Below are positions 53,781-64,000 of a stretch of DNA of 64,000 bases, piece by piece. The stretch spans positions 697,942-761,941 of the forward strand of contig NMRA01000177.1 of NCBI GenBank assembly GCA_002633005.1. The letters run 5' to 3'. This DNA comes from Phoronis australis (taxonomy: Eukaryota; Animalia; Phoronida). The notes below the pieces were generated by a model. It saw nothing but the letters and a program-made list of their open reading frames with translations. It made no database searches and was not told the origin of the DNA. Position 1 is the stretch's first letter. Every line of letters starts with the position of its first letter. Position numbers and translations under genes: made by a program.

Positions 53781-55408
53781 CTGAGAGGTTTAGGACCTGG
53801 GCAAGTGTGGCCAACTGCTTCCTTAACTTGGTGGACGTGAGTAGTTGTGGTTGTTGCGAATCACACTGACTTGCCAGTCGCTTCCCCTGTAAGGGTGCAT
53901 GGCACTTCCCGGTTTAGCAAAAAGAAGATTGCCTGTCATTCCGGCAGCACTTCGATGGTCGACAAGGAAGTGCAAGTTGTCCATCATCCCTGTTGTCAGG
54001 ATGACAGTAGCGTTTCTTCCTCGCTTTCCAAGGGTTTCTATCCTGACGTGAGTTTAACAGAGTTGCTTTTCAAATGTGGAAAGAGTATTTCCCACCACAG
54101 GGTCTAGTGTTCTCTCAACAGTTGCCTGCTGAAAAGAAGACAGGGTCATTCGTTCAGACTCGCCTGTTCCTTTTCGATTGAATAGGATAACTTCAGCCAA
54201 ACAGAGTTTGGCAAGATTTCCATACGATTCTACACTTGATGACATGTTGCGGCGTTCCACCTTGATACGTTCTTTAATGTAGCTGCTCAGTTTAACTACG
54301 TCATCCACAAGAGGCAGCAACTGTTGTCTATTGTGCTTTTCGTGGGCTAGGGTGGACAGGGCTTTCGAGGACACAGCGTCTTCCCACCCAATTGAGTAGA
54401 GCTTCATGAAGGTATCTGCCCTCTTTTTCATCACCATGTCATCATTTTGAGAGCATTAAGGCTCTGTAATGAAGCACATTTATCAAGACTGTGGCCAATC
54501 TTGAGCGCAAGTGATGGTGTTGAGTATTTAGATGAAGCAGCCTGAAAACCAGCTACCTCTTTTGTGGCAGCTACCACAAAGTCCTAGTTTTGCTGCTCAA
54601 GACAGTCTTCTAGGCTTCCAATATTTGGAGACATCGTGCGAGCTTTTATTAGGAGACAGCCAAGCTCTCTCAACTTCTGCGATATGTAATTTATGCGTTG
54701 GCTGTGATGGCCGTGTTTGTCAAAATGAGAACCACAAGTTGTCTTTCTCGACAACACTTCGCATGCTGTCATTCTTCATTCACAAAATTACTCTCGTACA
54801 ATTCTTTACGCACACATTTTTTCATGGGCAGCAGCATCTGACCACTTGCTACAGCTCCACCTGGTTTCTGTTTGTCTGTTGAAGCATGTTTACAACGACG
54901 CTGGTGCTTCCATAGATGCTTGTATACATTCCCTTGCAGAACTGACAGGGGACAAATTTTCCACCACTTTCAGTGATTTTTCCAGTTGACCTATACTTCA
55001 GAGTGATATTACCCTTTCCTTTTTCTAGTACATCATAATTATGGTGGTAGTCGCCTTTTTTCACTACCACATCCCAAAGGCGCTTCCTTTCTTTTGACAG
55101 CTTTGGCAGTGCAAATATTTTCACCACTTGCGGATCATCTTTATGCATTATTGGTATGTGTCTTGCAATGTTGGGATACAGCTTTTCGCAAAAAAGACAA
55201 GCATGTCTTTTCTTGCCCTTCGTGCTAGTTGACTCCACAACAATTACTCGTGGTGAATTGAGCACTGGGATGATGTTGCTGGTCTCGCTGCCCTCGCTGT
55301 AGCTGTCTTCGACTCTTTCTTCTTTTGAGGCATGGTCTTCTGTCTCATTGTCATCGCTTTCAGTTGATTCAGAATCACTGCTCACTGTATATTCGGTACC
55401 AGAACTTT
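53781..55408 (-). pseudogene. Zinc-finger plus tyrosine-recombinase-like gene (PTHR33480-type metazoan mobile family), disrupted
   Basis: KRHACLFCEKLYPNIARHIPIMH...LPKLSKER...KGDYHHN...FVPCQFCKGMY; EVILFNRKGTGESERM; IETLGKRGRNATVILT; LLFAKP..PYRGSD; LLTSTKLRKQLATLAQVLNLSEN. Several frameshifts and stops; splice acceptor near 55409. Confidence 0.8.
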
Positions 55409-58334
55409 CTGAAAAAGAAAACTTTCAAAAGAAATACAATTAAAGTTGATTGGCAAATAGGAATTTTCCATTGTGTTTGGTCGAGGTTTTCCGTCTTTAA
55501 CCCAAGGTTGGTGATCATGAATAGACCCGCATGCATCGTATGCATGTTCTTGCCCTTGCGCCAAAACCCATTGCAATTCTACCCACAAATGGTCTATTCC
55601 AATTAATTGTAATAGATTTAGGTTACTGTGCATTGTGTAAAATGAACATCTAAGATGTCCAGAATACGGCTATGTGAAAAATTATTCACTGTTCATGGAA
55701 TGCTGGTAATTCACTATTCTTTGGACAAAGTTTGAACGAACAAATCAGTTCCATTTTGGTTTTAATTAAATGCCATAGTGGCCAATCCATAATTATTCAT
55801 ATAACTTGTCCCTATGGTCAAAGTCATGGTAGTTCCAGCATCCCTACTTACTACTGTTTGGTAATAACATTAAAGCAATGAAAACTCCAAGAAGCCGGGA
55901 ATCCCGATGAATAGTGCTGAATGTTTTGTATTGCTATCGAACTTTTCACATGTTGCTGTGAAATGATTCTTGTGGGTTATCAATTCAAGTGATGACTCAC
56001 ACGATTGTTTTTTCATTTCATAGTACACATTTTATGCGCCAACACTTCTCATCTTAATAGGAACAATTTGAGATCAATTTTATGGCAATACTGGTCTAAA
56101 TCAAAAGTTAGTTTCTTTGATGGAAAGCAGGTTTATTGCCGCTTTATGAATCAACAATTTACCGCAGTGTTCTCCACCATCTGGCACTACTGGTGCTTCT
56201 CGTTCACTACTAGCCTGGTCGCAACTTTTCTCCTGAAAGCCACAAAATACTTGACTACCTCGTGTGTCATTCAAAAGCGCATTGCATTATCAATGAAATA
56301 CGAGTAATTTTTGACCAACAGCAGATTGCCAATAATGCTTCTTCATGAAAAAATTGTTGTTGCAAATGAAGAAACTGCAATTCAGGTTATTTACTTTAAT
56401 TGTGCAGACTATATATCTATATCTATATATATGGTGTCCCACACTTTGAAGGGCTATTTTTCCCAAGTTTATTATTATAGAGCATTGATAATGTAATGTT
56501 ATATTAATATTTGGTGACAATTTCATTGCGACATGTTTTATATTTTTGATGGGAAAATTTTTTTAATAACTTGTATAATATAGCTGCATTTGCCGATATG
56601 ACCATCTAGAAAGGAACCTGTCACATGGGCGGCCTGAGTATTCTACTAAAATTGTTCCGGGGGGGNNNNNNNNGAGATGGTTACCTAATCCGTTATCAAA
56701 GAAAGACATGACATTGGTGTGTATGTGCGTGAGAGTACTTTTGTGTGCTCTTACATGATTGAGCGTGCACTTAGGCTCATTAACTTTGCGTCCAGAACTT
56801 AAGACTGACCTTTCAATGTTGTCAACAATATTTAGTGTAAACATTGTAAAAACTGAGGTCTTCAGGGTCGACTTGTGCATGTATTGTTCTCCGAAGAATT
56901 CGGGTTAGATTGTATTTCCATTCACTTTGACTACGAGCATTTAAATCCGGTGTTGGTTCGAAATGTATTGTGAATAACTGTATTGCATTGGTTGCACTGT
57001 AGGAATGTAAACAATAGTTACACTGATACATGTTGAATTTGTTACCTCCGTGACCAAGAAACATTTGAACAAAATTTTACTATTGTCATGTTGCTAAAGA
57101 CAGTGGACTCTGGAAAATAACGATATTCATAATAAAGAGAGAATGTTATTTCGTTCACCTTTTGCCTAGTTGTCATCATGAGAGATTGAAAAACGAGACA
57201 ACCAGACTGAAAAGTGGAACATCCGGATATATAGCGGGACATCTGGGCCTATGCCAAAAGGCAGGGTGAAATGAATGCCGCAACACACAAAACCTTTCGA
57301 CATCGTCTTTTTTCAAATGGGAAAATGCAGGTACAGCAAAAGTCCCTTTTTTCTTTTGGGAAATGGCTCGGAGCAATTACTGATTCGTTGTCTCGTTTTA
57401 GAATTCACCGCACAGTACCACCAATTGGTCCACTGTGACCACCTGCCATACATTTAATTATTAGAAGAGGGCAACAAGCTTTCGTTCTATGTAAAAAAGA
57501 CAATATTTTGTGACATAAATCGTTCATCAGCCTTATGAACATTCGACCATGCAGTGCTACGTGTGCATGTAGCACTGGGAAAATCCGCATTGATAAAAGC
57601 AGCTATAATGTGTTGAAGTAGTGAGCTACAGATAGTTGTATTCACCAGGAACCAGGAATCAACATTCTAATTTGGAAAGGAATGTGTACTTGCCGCCAGG
57701 AAATACGTGCCCTTTAAACAGCGAGGACTTTATTAGTGAGGGGTCTAATCCGCACGTGCTTTGCATTGCTACAAGTGGAAAGTTGAATTGCCAAGTATCT
57801 GGCGTTCGCCTTTCCCTGAAATAGTAGAAGGAGATCGTGTAAAAGAGAACTGTAGGTGATGTAAAGCAATAGCACGTCGCTATTCCAATCCAAAGAAGCT
57901 ATCTCATGCCAGTCAGGTTTCGCCTCCAATGAAATTCCGTAGTCGCTATACTGCAGCATTAAGTGAATTTCATGTTTTCTTGAACAGCGTTGTTATTTAC
58001 ATGTAGGTCTTCATACTTTAGTGTACCCATCTACTTTGTACGAATACAGCCGTCTCAAAACAAGAAACAGAATGCATTATAAATTTATGTGGCTCAATCG
58101 AAAGTTAGGTAGTCGAGATCACAGAAGGTTTGAATAACTGTTTTAATAGTAGCGCTTTTGATTTTTAAAACGCAGCTCACTGCCTAGCAACAGTATAACT
58201 TGTACTTTTGATTTCTGTCAGTAATGAATATTCTTTTTTATAATTGCTATATCTGCCTGCATAAAATGGTTTTGATCTGCATGCAGTAATCGTACCACTT
58301 CATGTATTATTCGTAACATTAATTAAACGGTTAA

Positions 58335-60033
58335 AGGAGAATTTCACCTAAAAACAACCTATTTTGTATCAATTTAGATCGAGTAATTCTACTCGATAAC
58401 GTCACGTTCGGTTGCGTTACCTGATACCTGACGGCAGACGGAGGTGCTGAAATTATCCAATGACGTCATTGGTTTCAGTCTGTTCAGCAGTTCACAACTT
58501 GGGTTACTGGTGTCAGCTTATCGCATGAATTCATCGTTTAACACCAATAAATCACCAGACTTCGATGTAAAACCCTTAAAAATACACCGAGTTCTTATAA
58601 AAACGTGTTGTTTTATTTCGCTGTTATGTATTTATTGGTGTTTGGACATACCGTAGGCTACAAAGTTCGGCAGGCCAATTTACCAGGCCGTAGCAGGAGT
58701 TTGGGGTCTGTTCGGAGATAAATTCGAAGTATTCTTCCTTGAAATACAGACAGGAGAACCTTGATCTGTGTTGTTTAGACTTGTGATTTTTTGAGTTCTA
58801 AACTCACAACACGCTCGTTATCCCAGCCAGTGGCTCGGAACCCGATCAGGCCCGTCGTGGCCGGACTGACTAGTTATCCCGGCCAGCCGCTCGGAACCCG
58901 ATCAGGCCTGTCGCGGCCGCCCGGACTGGCACGAACATAAAACAGCTTGAGTTGGAAACTAAACCTCCAGTCATTAAAAGACTATAATACTGAGCCAAAG
59001 AAATAATGTGCACGTTATCATTTATGGGAATTCATGTAGCCACGAAACTGAAAATCTATACTTACTTGTCGGGGGCCGCGAAGTCGGGTTCTCCTTTCAC
59101 AGACCGTCAGGGCAAAGGTTGTACAGAAACAATGCTTTGAATAATGTATTTGTATTTCTAAATAAAGATTCCCCTAACATGTGACCATATCATATAAAAT
59201 CGAGTAATTGTTTCACAACAGCTTTCTGTCAACAAACACTGAATGAGCTTGCGCTCACACGGCCTCGGGTGCCCGGTCAATTACCTTCATTGCCGGCATC
59301 AAAAGCCGGTAACGCAGTAGTTTCTTCATTGCAGGCTTCTCAACACGAATACGGCAAAGGCATTACGAATTGTATCTAATGAGACATACTTTGTTTCAGT
59401 TTTATATAAGCAGTGGTTAGGATGACACTAATTCATTTTGAAACAGAACGCAGAATAATAAACGTCTACATGGCAAATCGCCCAGCGCAAATCCCGACTT
59501 GGTCAAGAGCTCATCCGACAAACACTGGTCGGATCGTTAGTTTTAACAGGCTATAAGTTCGAACCGGAATACACTGATCAAGAAATACATGTACTAGACA
59601 GTCGCCGTGAACATGCACAGGCAACGGAACGTATGGATAGATCTTTGGTAAGCCGGAATTCGTCAGAGAAATCACTGTCGACGAAGTGCCGGCCACAGAC
59701 ACGGAGATGTTTCACGGCCTCGTACTTGCTATTAACAGCGTACCTTTTATTCTTCAATACCGCGAGCCACTTCCTAAGCATTTCGAGGAAGTCGTCAAAC
59801 GATATACCCGCTTTCTTCGCAGCTTCATACTGTAGTTCGGACAAGCGGGAGCGATGCGCCGCAATATAGCGGCATTCACTCTGCAGACGAACCACTGACG
59901 TCGCTGCGTCGTTTTTCACCTTCCTCTCAGGTTAACGCTACATCTCTCGGCAAGGTGAGGTCGACCGTATCAGAGGCGATGTGGATATATTAAGACGGTA
60001 AAAAAGACTAATTAAATCTGGTGGCATTCTCCT
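58335..60033 (-). mobile_element. Kolobok-type DNA transposon derivative with THAP-domain relic
   Basis: TTAA|AGGAGAATTTCACC ... GGTGGCATTCTCCT|TTAA; minus-strand ORF 59578-59919 GISFDDFL...KWLAVLK...LRVCGRHFVDSDF; internal duplication of about 55 bp at 58817-58928. Confidence 0.85.
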
Positions 60034-61078
60034 TTAAAGAAGCCCTGACCAGACGTTACGTTATATATTCACATGGGGTTGAAATAACCACTGCAGAATT
60101 GATTTCCATGAATACCCTTTCTTCCAGATTTTTGCAACAGCCCAGTCTCTGCGTCATTTACCAATAACACTGTAAAGTTGATGAAGAGCTACTGTAACTA
60201 CTTTGGAATTTGAAAAACGCACATTTTCGAAATTAGCTGTTGAACACGATGACATAGCACAATGTAAGAAACAACCTACCATTTCGTCAGGTGATCTTTG
60301 TTTGACCGCGGCAAAGTCGAGTAGCATGGTTGAGACAGCTGCGCTTTTGAAAGTTGAACATTGACGCGTCTGAGATGTCCTTCTGCTTACCCAAATGTCT
60401 GCAATACTAAAGGGGAAAGTTGGATTTTTGGTGATATCTGCTAGAAATCCCAGGTTAACTTAGAGATATCTCTCACTTATAATTTATGTTCCCAGGAAAC
60501 TTGGCGACGACCTGATTAGCGATATGGTCTAATCTGAACTTCGTGACCACTTTGGAGGGGGGTGGGTGGACAGTTGGGGGAAACTCAAATCAGCTTGTGC
60601 CACCTGCAATATTATTTACTTTTCTACGGGCTTGTTTTCAACATATTTCAACATATTTCTGTTCAACACTGAAGTCGGGAAGTCCAACCACGGAGTTTCC
60701 TGCAAATTGTTTCAGCATTTTCCTTCATTGAGCCAGTGCATTGACACTTAGCAGAGAATTTTTTCTGCCTACTGGTATGGCAAAATTTGCTATGGTTTTT
60801 AAGTATCGTTGATTCAGAAGGTTAAAAACGCTATACAAGAATGGACCGATTCCAAGGGTAATTTCATATGAACCGAGTGAGAACAATGTTGCAGCAAAAC
60901 GACAAAATTGCTGTTCTTCGGAGATTAACATGTTCTTACCTTCACTGAAGCACTGGGACTCTGTATTCGCTTTGTTGTCAGAGATTCGTGGTTTCAGTAG
61001 GCTGGTCGATCAGATCGCGAATAGCTACATGTGACGTGCAGGAAGCTTGCTATAATTCACGGCGTAGTCGTTGACATT

Positions 61079-63041
61079 ACACCAAAATGGAAGTTATCGT
61101 TCCTCGCTTCAGCCAGTTAGAGGACAGAAGCGTCAGTGGACGTGTATCAACGATGGCTATAGACTGGGAAACACTACTGACTAAATAACAAAACGAAACT
61201 TAGCTTTACCTTAACGTTCCAGGTTTCCACCAACGCGCATGCGTAGATGCGTAATCGGAATGTTGCATCACCGAACCGTGTACAAGCAGTCCATAGAAGG
61301 TTTGGAAAGAATTCTCGCTCGTTAGCAGCAACGTACATACACACATGCTCGGTCATCCAAACGAAGTTCACAGCGCACACGTTAAACACACGAGCACACG
61401 TTCATGAACATTCGATGTACACGTCACAGTATAAGTAGAAAATCATGAGTGTGTTATGAGATTGAAAGAAATGTCATAGATCAAATAACCAAAAAAAAAT
61501 TAACTGTTGCATACATCTACGGGTATTAACGCAATTATGTATCGGGTGTAAGTCGTGTAGATGTGCCGTACATGGAGTGTAAAGAAAACGCGACGTTATT
61601 CAGTTACTCGGGCTGTTGTTTCATTGCCAATCAAATGACATGATGGTTAAACTACAGGAGGGCATTTATTATATCTCCACAAGAAGACTGGTGACTTACT
61701 TGAACACTTTTCCACGACACAAACTGATATGTCCATGTCGTTTTCCTCACAACCGACACCTCCAAATGCTGGGGCTGGGTTCGTGCAGGTTCGAGTTCTG
61801 TTTCGAAATGAAAAACCGCATTCCGACGAGCAATTCGACCACTGCGACCATAAAGTCCAGTTTCCATTGATGGGGCACGGGTAAGTATTGCAGACGATAA
61901 GTTCAGAACTGTTTCCTTGGCAGTACAGCCCCCCATGTGAAGGTGAAGGACTCGAGCAATTCCTTGATCTGTTATATGACCCTCCGCCGCAAGAGACACT
62001 GCATGACGTCACATTTATCCAGTCGGACCAATGACCGTTCACTGGACAATGCGAAGTATTGCATGTGATCGTCTCCTGTGCGCTGCCTACGCAATCACGG
62101 CCGCCATTCATGGGATAAGGGTTCGTGCAGTTCCGCTTTCTAATTCGTGAACCTCCAGCACAGGTAAGTGAACACGCCGCCCAGTTCGACCAAGCTGTCC
62201 AACTCCCATCAACTGTTTTGAGGATAAGTCAAAGTAAAAACGAAATTCTCTAACGAACGCTGCAAGTGTCTGATTCTAGGTTTTACTGTCCGTGTTCGAA
62301 ATGGGCGGTGCAGCACTGAAAAAGTGGGGGCTATAGCCCCCAGCCCCATTGTGGTGCACCAGTATGGAACCATGGGTGGCGCAGGTCTGAAAAAAGTGGA
62401 GCTACAACTCCTAGCCCCTTATGGTGCACCACTCATGCTTTTCACCCTAATTTCGTCTATCTACCTGTTGCTGCTCAATTATACTACGCTAAGCGCCGAT
62501 TTAGCAGCATTTGTAAAGTTTAATCACACATGTTCACATATGCTGTGCGTTGACGAAAGTAACCGAGTGCTAAGTTCTTTCAAATATCTTGATGTTGTAG
62601 TCATAGAAATATATATTTACATGAACAGTGTCCCGTTACGTACACCGTGTCTCATGCAACACTAAAAACACGCGGGAAAGGTTTTCCTTCCTGGGTCTAC
62701 ATGTATTGCGTGTACCAGTAATGAAATGACGCAAGCACAAACCCCACCCCTGAATTCGAGGCTCACCACACACAATGAAATTCTGGTTCTTTGATGTTAT
62801 GTTTTGTTTTTTCATCGTGTGACCATTCTCGTTCATCAACAATATATCTACTGTATTGGAAAAATATGCCTACCGATTGGACAGTCCTTGTAAGATACTG
62901 GCGGTCCGAGGCAGTGCCGACCTGTTTGTGGCACCGGGTTCGTACAGTTTCGACTCCGAATTCGGGTAGTGTCGGTCGGCACAGTGCAACTCGACCAGGC
63001 TCCCCAGTGCGACCAACCACCATATTTACTTCTTGGAGCAT
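61079..63041 (-). CDS. Thrombospondin type-1 repeat protein (hemicentin/coadhesin-like), partial; exons 62874-63041, 61700-62212 and possibly 61079-61180
   Basis: Four TSP1 repeats (GGWSHWGAWSSC, DGSWTAWSNWAACSLTCAGG..R.RNCTNP, NGHWSDW..CSVSCGGG, NGNWTLWSQWSNCSSECG) on phase-1 GT-AG exons; 5' exons and true 3' end not resolved. Confidence 0.85.
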
Positions 63042-64000
63042 CTACAACAGCGAATGCGTGTAGGTAAGTTACAGCAAAAGTTACTAGGTCCATTAACAAC
63101 CTCTTTATAACATGTCAAGTTTATTATTCCACCAGTCTGTTTACATATATCCGTTTCGTTCCATCTGTGACATATTAGGTCGGCGGTTCTGGTACTAATT
63201 CTTAGGTGGCAATTCAAAGTACAACAATTTCTGTTTGCAAATTGTACTCTCACTCCTTCATAAACGATACTTTTCAAAAGCTTAACTGGCATTGACACTA
63301 CAAGTTACATTTACTTGAAGACTGTGGCGTACACTCGGAGGATCGCGATTCCCGCCCCACTAATGCGACCGTACCAGGAAAGAAATATAATTGCGTTACA
63401 GTCTACGAGTTGCACCGTGAGGCTTCTGAAATTAAAGTGGTCGGGGCCGGCCGGCGGTTGGTCGGGAGTTGGCGGCGATAAATTTTGGTGCAGTCTAAGA
63501 ACTAAACTGGCATAACGGTCGACAGTGTAACTGGTTTGCACAGAGGGTGGAATTGGTGACTAACACAGTTTGGTNGGCATTTTACTCAAAGGTTTGTGGA
63601 AATCTCAGGAATTTCCACCTATTCGAAAAATGAGGCGAGGTTTTTTGGGTCGGTCTATCACCACCAAACGCGATATGATTATCTCCAATCAGTTAAATCA
63701 ATTTAGGATATTTTCATATACATAGTTACTCAAAAAAGCATATACCTAAATTAGTAAATCTCATTCAAAATAACATTACAAGAACAATGAACTGGAGGTC
63801 AACATCATGCGGGTCTCGGACCTGATGCCACCTGCTTGGGTACTGTTGTCTGGATGAGCAAGGGTCAGCTTCTGTTGTTACATAATATGTCAACACAACT
63901 AACTAGATGGACACAAATCTTAAAAATAGACATTGGTTTATAGGACATGTTCCTCAAGACAGTCATTATGCCTGGACCTGTTTTAAAGTATAGTGCAACA

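Noticed and set aside
63026-63541. Upstream exon(s) of the TSP1 gene, possibly SRCR-like
   Set aside because: Cys-rich but interrupted by stops, with no consistent splice phase; not supportable.

Overview
Animal (invertebrate-like, AT-rich, intron-containing) genomic scaffold; no rRNA, tRNA or CRISPR features found. Host genes, reconstructed by hand from splice sites: a CXorf65/C22orf15-like small gene (+, 9494-13358); an intact two-exon gene for a signal-peptide-bearing AID/APOBEC-type zinc deaminase (SNAD-like; +, 19821-22563), whose catalytic motif is split by the intron and so is not visible in the ORF track; a complete 12-exon TRIP4/ASC-1 gene (+, 26691-42453); and part of a thrombospondin type-1 repeat gene (-, about 61080-63041). 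The rest is transposon-rich. It includes two TTAA-flanked THAP/Kolobok-type elements (one a foldback), Penelope-like GIY-YIG remnants, Helentron/DINE-like repeats carrying arrays of CTCF-like motifs, a deleted PIF/Harbinger and many MITEs. A minus-strand block (45-58 kb) holds CACTA-type relics, a Mutator-like DDE transposase and a zinc-finger/tyrosine-recombinase-like gene. Four apparent tandem duplications centred on single n characters look like assembly overlaps. The best novelty candidate is the secreted deaminase. Family assignments come from remembered motifs, not from database searches.
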